Assembly (NCBI GenBank): GCA_965655095.1
Contig: OZ296659.1
Span: 12,586,001-12,650,000, forward strand
Length of the DNA: 64,000 nt
Direction: 5' to 3'
Source of the DNA: Haplodiscus bocki
Taxonomy: Eukaryota
Below, in pieces: positions 1-12,300 of the stretch. Within the stretch, counting starts at the first letter, position 1; every line of letters starts with the position of its first letter. The notes beneath the pieces were generated by a model. The model was not told where the DNA came from, searched no databases, and saw nothing but the letters and a program-made list of their open reading frames with translations. A program made the translations under genes and the position numbers.

Positions 1-559
1 AGCTTCTAAAACAGTTTGATGATGATAAAGTGGCAAACTTGATTATGTCACGCATGCAAAACAGATGAGAAAACAATAAAGGAACAAATAAATAAATAAA
101 TAAACAATGGCATAAAAAAGTTTTGATAAATTATATAGTTTTTAAAGATATCTCCATCGATAATTGTCTGATTGACTTCAAATACAAACTGGCGTAATCT
201 TCATTGAATTGAGAATTTTGTTCCTAGAAAAAAATGAACAAATAGAAATCACTTTCTTACTGTGCTAACAATAAGACTTACCATCTTACCACGGTATGGT
301 CGCAGGTTAGCGGTCTTGATTGATAATATTAGCTTAGAGTCTAATTAGTCTACCCTGAAAGTTTGAGTTTCATATCTGTCATGTTTTTCGAGAGAAGTAG
401 TTTTGAAAAAGATCAAAGGGCTAAAAGGTAATTAAAAACCCCTTAACTGGAAACTTTTCCATTCAGACTTTCCCACGATCACTTAAAGATGTAAAAAACA
501 CGAAATCAACGAATACTCGAGCTGCAGAAAAGAATAGCATACCATAACAATTGTCTTTA

Positions 560-880
560 AAAAGGCTATTCAATAGTAGATTTTTTGAAAATGTTGACTG
601 AAGCCTATACCATCAAAAACCCAGTAACGCTAAAACTAACACTGGAAAATTGTCTGTCAATCAAAAATTTTGAATTTTAGTGGGATGTAATATATCATTA
701 AAAAAGTCGCAAAAACGGCTATCGAATGTTAAATTTTTCGAAAATAAAGACTAAAACTGTTACCATCAAAAACTCAAAAACATGAAACTAATCCCAAACA
801 AGGTAAGTCAACGAAAGTTTTTCTATAAAAAGTAGTGGAGTGTTATGTATACTTAGAAAGGTCTTGAAACAGCCAATGTT
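560..880. repeat. Degenerate ~153-bp sub-repeats inside each array unit
   Basis: TTTTTGAAAATGTTGACTGAAGCCTATACCATCAAAAAC...AAACTAA (~582-638) aligns with TTTTTCGAAAATAAAGACTAAAACTGTTACCATCAAAAAC...AAACTAA (~734-791); flanks also align. Confidence 0.6.
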
Positions 881-912
881 TTGTCATCAAAACAATATTT
901 CTGTTATATTGA

Positions 913-1350
913 TTGAAAATTCTGGGTTCCTCAAACCCATAATTGAACAATACGAAGGAAATTTAGAAACAACCGGCGAATGATGAATTTGATGGTGAAA
1001 TAAATGCTAAAGAAGTAGTGCTAGAATTATTAAAATTCCCAACGCAACATTCGGCTACTGTTTGCTGTGCGAACACTATTCCTTTGTTATATATGACTGA
1101 AGATATGCAAAAAGATATTGATTTTCACCGAATAGCTTTTAAAATTAACGGCATGGTAATCGCATGGGATGTTTTTGATGTTTGTGATAGAGAAATAATA
1201 CTGGAAGGTAGAAAACGTCCTATGGGTTTTAGATTTTTCAGCTCCAGATAAAAGAATGACAAAATATCGTTCTCGAGCAATTCAACTATATCCTGAGAAT
1301 GTTTTTCAAACCCATTATGATTGTTATAACCTTAGAAAACAGAGTGATTA
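913..1350 (+). pseudogene. DUF4116-like helical repeat protein (also in units 2-5, ORF cores at 4290, 7559, 10832, 14103)
   Basis: Reconstructed INDKEVVLELLK...LLYMTEDMQKDIDF...DREIILEG...F(stop)KNDK(frameshift)IVLEAIQLYP matches the ELKNDKEIVLEAVKQ repeat consensus of DUF4116; interrupted by stops and frameshifts. Confidence 0.5.
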
Positions 1351-1357
1351 AGAAAAA

Positions 1358-2190
1358 CTATATTCTACAATTAACACATTTTGCTATATCTATGTCATCT
1401 TTTTTTTGATGACAACTTTCGCATATACACTGATGACCATATTGGCGAAATGCCTTAACACTAGGATTTCTTGAACATATAAGATAAATTTGATTAGAAA
1501 TGTTCACCATCTCAATGTTTCCATTACAATACACGGGTTTATCTAAAGTCCTTTTGTTCGTCAACCCAAACATCTAACTCTCTCTGAGCTCTCCATGTAT
1601 CTTCAACCATATCATCTTCATCAGCTTCTTTCTTCGGGCAAAAACTGGTAATTGATTGGAATCAATGGTTTTAAAAGCACCTGCACCACACTTTGCAAGC
1701 TGATAATCAAAATGGTCGAGGCTATTGTTTGTGGAGTTTAATAAAACTCTTTACTCCATTTTATTGTTTCGAATGGATTTGTAACGGTCAGACAAGAATT
1801 ATGTGTTTTTTTCTCCAATGGCTATGGCAATCGTGATCATAGTGTAACCCATAAGAGATATGAAATCTTCAATTTTAACTTCTGTAGTGAATTTGAAATT
1901 TTCGAATCCGGAAAAAGGACATATTCGTTATAACCAATATCATCGCCTCCTACTAAAACGTTTTTACCATCAGAATCAGAACTATCACAAACTCCTTATT
2001 TTTCAGTCATTCTACAAATACGGTTTTTCCCGATAAAAATTGACAAGAAATTACTAGGTTATAAAACTGAAAAACTGTGTTCAAATTTGCTTCTCTCATA
2101 TTCTTAGAAGTTGACTATAGACTGCTGGTTGTCGAATGATATTAGATAATAAGAACGGTAATCATGTTGCATCACAGAAATATGTAACAT
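1358..2190 (-). pseudogene. Giant-virus-type conserved domain fused to a C-terminal RING-HC finger (putative E3 ligase); other copies at 4630-5462, 7899-8731, 11172-12004, 14443-15275
   Basis: Minus strand reads MLHISVMQH...SIFIGKNRICRMTE..GVCDSSDSDGKNVLV...EYVLFSGFENFKFTT...ISLMGYTMITIAIAIGEKNT, an acidic linker, then YLIC...FRQYGHQCICESC...KCVNCR (IAP/MDM2-type RING with two Cys changed to Tyr). Confidence 0.7.
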
Positions 2191-2212
2191 TTCTTGGACC
2201 TGAAATGTCGAA

Positions 2213-2461
2213 ATGTGTGCTCTGGACACATTATTAGCAGTCAAAACATCTTATACTTTTATTTGTTCCTACAACGAAAACTATCAGGGATTTGTTTATG
2301 CATTTGAAACCAACATTGAAACGAACTTGCTTGAAGTTTGCGTCACTTTTGTTGACGCATTGCTGAGCAAACTTGTCAACAACGTCGACCGTTTGTAATG
2401 CATGCTTGTCAATTTTGTTGACACAACAAAGAAAAAAATACATGCTTCAAGCTGCTTATAG
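2213..2461 (+). pseudogene. Small hypothetical ORF of the array unit
   Basis: 61-aa ORF in units 1-4, extendable past one stop; no recognisable motif; an overlapping minus-strand ORF is equally possible. Confidence 0.25.
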
Positions 2462-2519
2462 TTTTTTTTGTTGAAATTGTATCTTTGTTTTTATTTCTAC
2501 TTTTACTTAAATAGCTATT

Positions 2520-2854
2520 TGAATATTACTTTTTCCGTAGAACAAATATCTAAAACAGGTCATCTTGATTTTAATTTGTAATTACGTCAATACAAACTCT
2601 ACTAAATGACCAGGTTTGTGGACATCAAATCTGTCCAGCCAAAATTGAGGCAAGATCAGATAGCAACAGAATTAGGTTGCTCAAGCTCTACTTTACAACG
2701 CTATAGACAAGATCAAAAAATGCTTTTACCTTATGGAATCTTATCAAATAGATATAAAAGAAGACAAAATGTTCCAAATACAACTCTCGATAAAAATTCA
2801 CGTCGTGAACATGACTTCAAAACACATCAAATGAACTCAAAAGACCTCAAATGA
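2520..2854 (+). pseudogene. Helix-turn-helix DNA-binding protein; other copies start at 5875, 9144 (internal stop), 12420, 15691
   Basis: LRQDQIATELGCSSSTLQRYR is a typical HTH motif; reading frame extends upstream of ATG 2606 through two stops (NITFSVEQISKTGHLDFNL*LRQYKL). Confidence 0.7.
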
Positions 2855-3016
2855 TCTCGAATGCAGACTCTACGATTACTCACGCAACGAACAAGCAGAG
2901 CTAATTGAAAGTTAGAACCATGCATGAGATAAATGATGCATAAAGAGGTGACTTTCTTCATATTGAAATTAACCTAAAAGGATTGCATTACAGACCTACT
3001 GGTTTTTGCTACCTAA

Positions 3017-3339
3017 ATGGAATTAGCATTGCAAACTATCTCCAAAGTTAAAGTAGTAAGAACTATTACAGTACAAGCTTTGAAAGACTTCAAGCCACAG
3101 TCTTTAGCAACACAAACCAAAAAGGAGAACAATTAGTTTCTATGATGTCTGCCATTGAAGAAGCTTTTGAATTCAGGGGTGATCACATATTAAACTTATC
3201 TACTGAAAACGAATCTATGAGAGGTAAAATAGGTTGTACCGATATAAAAAGGTTAGAAGAATCTAAAACAAAGCTTCTAAAACAGTTTGATGACGATAAA
3301 GTGGCAAACTTGATTATGTCACGCATGCAAAACAGATGA
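3017..3339 (+). pseudogene. Hypothetical Polinton ORF (frameshifted); C-terminal parts at 6411, 9680, 12956 and ~16227
   Basis: MELALQTISK...LATQTKK (frameshift) GEQLVSMMSAIEEAF...LIMSRMQNR present in all units. Confidence 0.4.
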
Positions 3340-6300
3340 GAAAACAATAAAGGAACAAATAAATAAATAAATAAACAATGGCATAAAAAAGTTTTGATAA
3401 ATTATATAGTTTTTAAGGATATCTCCATCGATAATTGTCTGATTGACTTCAAATACAAACTGGCGTAATCTTCATTGAATTGAGAATTTTGTTCTTAGAA
3501 AAAAATGAACAAATAGAAATCACTTTCTTACTGTGCTAACAATAAGACTTACCATCTTACCATGGTATGGTCGCAGGTTAGCGGTCTTGATTGATAATAA
3601 TAGCTTAGAGTCTAATTAGTCTACCCTGAAAGTTTGAGTTTCATATCTGTCATGTTTTTTGAGAGAAGTAGTTTTGAAAAAGATCAAAGGGCTATAAGGT
3701 AATTAAAAACCCCTTAACTGGAAACTTTTCCATTCAGACTTTCCCACGGTCACTTAAATATGTAAAAAACACGAAATCAACGAATACTCGAGCTGCAGAA
3801 AAGAATAGCATACCATAACAATTGTCTTTAAAAAGGCTATTCAATAGTAGATTTTTTGAAAATGTTGACTGAAGCCTATACCATCAAAAACCCAGTAACG
3901 CTAAAACTAACACTGGAAAATTGTCTGTCAATCAAAAATTTTGAATTTTAGTGGGATGTAATATATCATTAAAAAAATTCGCAAAAACGGCTATCGAATG
4001 TTAAATTTTTCGAAAATAAAGACTAAAACTGTTAGCATCAAAAACTCAAAAACATGAAACTAATCCAAAACAAGGTAAGTCAACGAAAGTTTTTCTATAA
4101 AAAGTAGTGGAGTGTTATGTATACTTAGAAAGGTCTTGAAAGAGCCAATGTTTTGTCATCAAAACAATATTTCTGTTATATTGATTGAAAACTCTGGGTT
4201 CTTCAAACCCAAAATTGAACAATACGAAGGAAATTTAGAAACAACCGGCGAATGATGAATTTGATGGTGAAATAAATGATAAAGAAGTAGTGCTAGAATT
4301 ATTAAAATTCCCAACGCAACATTCGGCTACTGTTTGCTGTGCGAACACTAATCTTTTGTTATATATGACTGAAGATATGCAAAAAGATATTGATTTTCAC
4401 CGAAGAGCTTTTAAAATTAACGGCATGGTAATCGCATGGGATGTTTTTGATGTTTGTGATAGAGAAAGAATATTGGAAGGTATAAAACGTCCTATGGGTT
4501 TTAGATTTTTCAGCTCCAGATAGAAGAATGACAAAATATCGTTCTCGAGCAATTCAATTATATCCTGAGAATGTTTTTCAAACCCATTACGATTGTTATA
4601 ACCTTAGAAAACAGAGTGATCAAGAAAAACTATATTCTACAATTAACAAATTTTGCTATATCTATATCATCTTTTTTTTGATGACAACTTTCGCAAATAC
4701 ACTGATGACCATATTAGCGAAATGCCTTAACACTAGGATTTCTAGAACATATAAGATAATTTTGATTAAAAATGTTCACCATCTCATTGTTTCAATTACA
4801 ATACACGGGTTTATCTAAAGTCCTTTTGTTCGTCAACCCAAACATCTAAATCTCTCTGAGCTCTCCATGTATCTTCATCCATATTATCTTCTTCAGCTTC
4901 TTTGTTCGGGCAAAAACTGGTAATCAATTGGATTCAATGGTTTCAAAAGCACCTGCACCACACTTTGCAAGCTGATAATCAAAATAGTCGAGGCTATCGT
5001 TTGTGGAGTTTAATAAAATTCTTTACTCCATTTTATTGTTTCGAATGGATTTGTAACGGTCAGACAAGAATTATGTGTTTTTTTCTCCAATGGCTATGGC
5101 AATCGTGATCATAGTGTAACCCATAAGAGATATGAAATCTTCCATTTTACCTTCTGTAGTGAATTTGAAATTTTCGAATCCGGAAAAAGGACATATTCGT
5201 TATAACCAATATCATCGCCTCCTACTAAAACGTTATTACCATCAAAATCAGAACTATCACAAACTCCTTATTTTTCAGTCTTTCTACAAATACGGTTTTT
5301 CCCGATGAAAATTGACAAGATTTTACTAGGTTATAAAACTGAAAAACTGTGTTCAAATTTGCTTCTCTCATAATCTTAGATGTTCACTATAGACTGCTGG
5401 TTGTCGAACGATATTAGATAATGGGAACGGTAATCATGTTGCATCACAGAAATATGTAACATTTCTTGGACCTGAAAAGTCGAAATGTGTGCTCTGGACA
5501 CAATATTAGCAGTCAAAACATCTTATACTTTTATTTGTTCCTACAACGAAAACTATCAGGGATTTGTTTATGCATTTGAAACCAACATTGAAACGAACTT
5601 GATTGAAGTTTGCGTCACTTTTGTTGACGCTTTGCTTAGCAAACTTGTCAACAACGTCGACCGTTTGTAAAGCATGCTTGTCAATTTTGTTGACACAACA
5701 AAAAAATACATGCTTCAAACTGCTTATAGTTTTTTTTGTTGAAATTGTATCTTTGTTTTTTATTTCTACTTTTACTTAAATAGCTATTTGAATATTACTT
5801 TTTCCGTAGAACAAATATCTAAAACAGGTCATCTTGATTTTAATTTGTAATTACGTCAATACAATTTCTACTAAATGACCAGATTTGTTGAGATCAAATC
5901 TGTCCAGACAAAATTCAGGCAAGATCAGATAGCAACAGAATTAGGTTGCTCAAGCTCTACTTTACAACGCTATAGACAAGATAAAAAAATGCTTTTACCG
6001 TATGGAATCTTATCAAATAGATATAAAAGAAGACAAAATGTTCCAAATACAACTCTCGATAAAAATTCACGTCGTGAACATGACCTCAAAACACATCAAA
6101 TGAACTCAAAAGACCTCAAATGATCTCGAATGCAGACTCTACGATTACTCACGCAACGAACAAGCAGAGCTAATTGAAAGTTAGAACCATGCATGAGATA
6201 AATGATGCATAAAGAGGTGACTTTCTTCATTTTGAAATTAACCTAAAAGGATTGCATTACAGACCTACTGGTTTTTGCTACCTAAATGGAATTAGCATTG

Positions 6301-9300
6301 CAAACTATCTCCAAAGTTAAAGTAGTAAGAACTATTACAGTACAAGCTTTGAAAGACTTCAAGCCACAGTCTTTAGCAACACAAACCAAAAAGGAGAACA
6401 ATTAGTTTCTATGATGTCTGCCATTGAAGAAGCTTTTGAATTCAGGGGTGATCACATATTGAACTTATCTACTGAAAACGAATCTATGAGAGGTAAAATA
6501 GGTTGTACCGATATAAAAAGGTTAGAAGAATCTAAAACAAAGCTTCTAAAACAGTTTGATGACGATAAAGTGGCAAACTTGATTATGTCACGCATGCAAA
6601 ATAGATGAGAAAACAATAAAGGAACAAATAAATAAATAAATAAACAATGGCATAAAAAAGTTTTGATAAATTATATAGTTTTTAAGGATATCTCCATCGA
6701 TAATTGTCTGATTGACTTCAAATACAAACTGGCGTAATCTTCATTGAATTGAGAATTTTGTTCTTAGAAAAAAATGAACAAATAGAAATCACTTTCTTAC
6801 TGTGCTAACAATAAGACTTACCATCTTACCATGGTATGGTCGCAGGTTAGCGGTCTTGATTGATAATAATAGCTTAGAGTCTAATTAGTCTACCCTGAAA
6901 GTTTGAGTTTCATATCTGTCATGTTTTTCGAGAGAAGTAGTTTTGAAAAAGATCAAAGGGCTATAAGGTAATTAAAAACCCCTTAACTGGAAACTTTTCC
7001 ATTCAGACTTTCCCACGGTCACTTAAATATGTAAAAAACACGAAATCAACGAATACTCGAGCTGCAGAAAAGAATAGCATACCATAACAATTGTCTTTAA
7101 AAAGGCTATTCAATAGTAGATTTTTTGAAAATGTTGACTGAAGCCTATACCATCGAAAACCCAGTAACGCTAAAACTAACACTGGAAAATTGTCTGTCAA
7201 TCAAAAATTTTGAATTTTAGTGGGATGTAATATATCATTAAAAAAATTCGCAAAAACGGCTATCGAATGTTAAATTTTTCGAAAATAAAGACTAAAACTG
7301 TTAGCATCAAAAACTCAAAAACATGAAACTAATCCAAAACAAGGTAAGTCAACGAAAGTTTTTCTATAAAAAGTAGTGGAGTGTTATGTATACTTAGAAA
7401 GGTCTTGAAACAGCCAATGTTTTGTCATCAAAACAATATTTCTGTTATATTGAATGAAAATTCTGGGTTCTTCAAACCCATAATTGAACAATACGAAGGA
7501 AATTTAGAAACAATCGGCGAATGATGAATTTGATGGTGAAATAAATGATAAAGAAGTAGTGCTAGAATTATTAAAATTCCCAACGCAACGTTCGGCTACT
7601 GTTTGCTGTGCGAACACTATTCCTTTGTTATATATGACTGAAGATATGCAAAAAGATATTGATTTTCACCGAAGAGCTTTTAAAATTAACGGCATGGTAA
7701 TCGCATGGGATGTTTTTGATGTTTGTGATAGAGAAAGAATATTGGAAGGTATAAAACGTCCTATGGGTTTTAGATTTTTCAGCTCCAGATAGAAGAATGA
7801 CAAAATATCGTTCTCGAGCAATTCAACTATATCCTGAGAATGTTTTTCAAACCCATTACGATTGTTATAACCTTAGAAAATAGAGTGATTAAGAAAAACT
7901 ATATTCTACAATTAACACTTTTTGCTATATCTATATCATCTTCTTTTTGATGACAACTTTCGCATATACACTGATGACCATATTGGCGAAATGCCTTAAC
8001 ACTAGGATTTCTAGAACATATAAGATAATTTTGATTAAAAATGTTCACCATCTCATTGTTTCCATTACAATACACGGGTTTATCTAAAGTCCTTTTGTTC
8101 GTCAACCCAAACATCTAATTCTCTCTGAGCTCTCCATGTATCTTCATCCGTATCATCTTCTTCAGCTTCTTTGTTCGGGCAAAAACTGGTAATCAATTGG
8201 ATTCAATGGTTTCAAAAGCACCTGCACCACACTTTGCAAGCTGATATTCAAAATAGTCGAGGCTGTCGTTTGTGGAGTTTAATAAAATTCTTTACTCCAT
8301 TTTATTGTTTCGAATGGATTTGTAACGGTCAGACAAGAATAATGTGTTTTTGTCTCCAATGGCTTTGGCAATCGTGATCATAGTGTAACCCATAAGATAT
8401 ATGAAGTCTTCCATTTTACCTTCTGTAGTGAATTTGAAATTTTCGAATCCGGAAAAAGGACATATTCGTTATAACCAATATCATCGCCTCCTACTAAAAC
8501 GTTATTACCATCAAAATCAGAACTATCACAAACTCCCTATTTTTCAGTCTTTCTACAAATACGGTTTTTCCCGATAGAAATTGACAAGATTTTATTAGGT
8601 TATAAAACTGAAAAACTGTGTTCAAATTTGCTTCTCTCATAATCATAGATGATGACTATAGACAGCTGGTTGTCGAACGATATTAGATAATAAGAACGGT
8701 AATCATGTTGCATCACAGAAATATGTAACATTTCTCGGACCTGAAATGTCGAAATGTGTGCTCTGGACACATTATTAGCAGTCAAAACATCTTATACTTT
8801 TATTTGTTCCTACATCGAAAACTATCAGGGTTTTGTTTATGCATATGAAACCAACATTGAAACGAACTTGATTGAAGTTTGCGTCACTTTTGTTGACGCT
8901 TTGCTTAGCAAACTTGTCAACAACGTCGACCGTTTGTAAAGCATGCTTGTCAATTTTGTTGACACAACAAAAAAATACATGCTTCAAACTGCTTATAGTT
9001 TTTTTTGTTGAAATTGTATCTTTGTTTTTTATTTCTACTTTTACTTAAATAGCTATTTGAATATTACTTTTTCCGTAGAACAAATATCTAAAACAGGTCA
9101 TCTTGATTTTAATTTGTAATTACGTCAATACAAACTCTACTAAATGACCAGATTTGTTAAGATCAAATCTGTCCAGACAAAATTCAGGCAAGATCAGATA
9201 GCAACAGAATTAGGTTGCTCAAGCTCTACTTTACAACGCTTTAGATAAGATAAAAAAATGCTTTTACCGTATGGAATCTTATCAAATAGGTATAAAAGAA

Positions 9301-12300
9301 GACAAAATGTTCCAAATACAACTCTCGATAAAAATTCGCGTCGTGAACATGACCTCAAAACACATCAAATGACCTCAAAAGACCTCAAATGATCTCGAAT
9401 GCAGACTCTACGATTACTCACGCAACGAACAAGCAGAGCTAATTGAAAGTTAGAACCATGCATGAGATAAATGATGCATAAAGAGGTGACTTTCTTCATA
9501 TTAATATTAACCTAAAAGGATTGCATTACAGACCTATTGGTTTTTGCTACCTAAATGGAATTAGCATTGCAAACTATCTCCAAAGTTAAAGTAGTAAGAA
9601 CTATTACAGTACAAGATTTGAAAGACTTCAAGCCACAGTCTTTAGCAACACAAACCAAAAAGGAGAACAATTAGTTTCTATGATGTCTGCCATTGAAGAA
9701 GCTTTTGAATTCAGGGGTGATCACATATTAAACTTATCTACTGAAAACGAATCTATGAGAAGTAAAATAGGTTGTAACGATAGAAAATGGTTAGAAGAAT
9801 GTAAAACAAAGCTTCTAAAACAGTTTGATGATGATAAAGTGGCAAACTTGATTATGTCACGCATGCAAAACAGATGAGAAAACAATAAAGGAACAAATAA
9901 ATAAATAAATAAATAAACAATGGCATAAAAAAGTTTTGATAAATTATATAGTTTTTAAGGATATCTCCATCGAGAATTGTCTGATTGACTTCAAATACAA
10001 ACTGGCGTAATCTTCATTGAATTGAGAATTTTGTTCCTAGAAAAAAATGAACAAATAGAAATCACTTTCTTACTGTGCTAACAATAAGACTTACCATCTT
10101 ACCATGGTATGGTCGCAGGTTAGCGGTCTTGATTAATAATAATAGCTTAGAGTCTAATTAGTCTAGCCTGAAAGTTTGAGTTTCATATCTGTCATGTTTT
10201 TCGAGAGAAGTAGTTTTGAAAAAGATCAAAGGGCTAAAAGGTAATTAAAAACCCCTTAACTGGAAACTTTTCCATTCAGACTTTCCCACGGTCACATAAA
10301 TATGTAAAAAACACGAAATCAACGAATACTCGAGCTGCAGAAAAGAATAGCATACCATAACAATTGTCTTTAAAAAGGCTATTCAATAGTAGATTTTTTG
10401 AAAATGTTGACTGAAGCCTATACCATCAAAAACCCAGTAACGCTAAAACTAACACTGGAAAATTGTCTGTCAATCAAAAATTTTGAATTTTAGTGGGATG
10501 TAATATATCATTAAAAAAATTCGCAAAAACGGCTATCGAATGTTAAATTTTTCGAAAATAAAGACTAAAACTGTTACCATCAAAAACTCAAAAACATGAA
10601 ACTAATCCCAAACAAGGTAGGTCAACAAACGTTTTCCTATAAAAAGTAGTGGAGTGTTATGTGTACTTAGAAAGGTCTTGAAACAGCCAATGTTTTGTCA
10701 TCAAAACAATATTTCTGTTATATTGAATGAAAATTCTGGGTTCTTCAAACCCATAATTGAACAATACGAAGGAAATTTAGAAACAATCGGCGAATGATGA
10801 ATTTGATGGTGAAATAAATGATAAAGAAGTAGTGCTAGAATTATTAAAATTCCCAACGCAACATTCGGCTACTGTTTGCTGTGCGAACACTATTCCTTTG
10901 TTATATATGACTGAATATATGCAAAAAGATATTGATTTTCAACGAAGAGCTTTTAAAATTAACGGCATGGTAATCGCATGGGATGTTTTTGATGTTTGTG
11001 ATAGAGAAAGAATATTGGAAGGTATAAAACGTCCTATGGGTTTTAGATTTTTCAGCTCCAGATAGAAGAATGACAAAATATCGTTCTCGAGCAATTCAAC
11101 TATATCCTGAGAATGTTTTTCAAACCCATTACGATTGTTATAACCTTAGAAAATAGAGTGATTAAGAAAAACTATATTCTACAATTAACACTTTTTGCTA
11201 TATCTATATCATCTTCTTTTTGATGACAACTTTCGCATATACACTGATGACCATATTGGCGAAATGCCTTAACACTAGGATTTCTAGAACATATAAGATA
11301 ATTTTGATTAAAAATGTTCACCATCTCATTGTTTCCATTACAATACACGGGTTTATCTAAAGTCCTTTTGTTCGTCAACCCAAACATCTAATTCTCTCTG
11401 AGCTCTCCATGTATCTTCATCCGTATCATCTTCTTCAGCTTCTTTGTTCGGGCAAAAACTGGTAATCAATTGGATTCAATGGTTTTAAAAGCACCTGCAC
11501 CACACTTTGCCAGCTGATAATCAAAATAGTCGAGGCTATCGTTTGTGGAGTTTAATAAAATTCTTTACTCCATTTTATTGTTCCGAATGGATTTGTAACG
11601 GTCAGACAAGATTTATGTGTTTTTTTCTCCAATGGCTATGGCAATCGTGATGATAGTGTAACCCATAAGAGATATGAAATCTTCCATTTTACCTTCTGTA
11701 GTGAATTTGAAATTTTCGAATCCGGAAAAAGGACACATTCGTTATAACCAATATCATCGCCTCCTACTAAAACGTTATTACCATCAAAATCAGAACTATC
11801 ACAAACTCCCTATTTTTCAGTCTTTCTACAAATACGGTTTTTCCCGATAGAAATTGACAAGATTTTATTAGGTTATAAAACTGAAAAACTGTGTTCAAAT
11901 TTGCTTCTCTCATAATCATAGATGTTGACTATAGACTGCTGGTTGTCGAACGATATTAGATAATAAGAACGGTAATCATGTTGCATCACAGAAATATGTA
12001 ACATTTCTTGGACCTGAAATGTCGAAATGTGTGCTCTGGACACATTAATAGCAGTCAAAACATCCTATACTTTTATTTGTTCCTACATCGAAAACTATCA
12101 GGGTTTTGTTTATGCATATGAAACCAACACTGAAACGAACTTGCTTGAAGTTTGCGTCACTTTTGTTGACGCTTTGCTTAGCAAACTTGTCAACAACGTC
12201 GACCGTTTGTAAAGCATGCTTGTCAATTTTGTTGACACAACAAAGAAAAAAATACCTACTTCAAACTGCTTATAGTTTTTTCTGTTGAAATTGTATCTTT

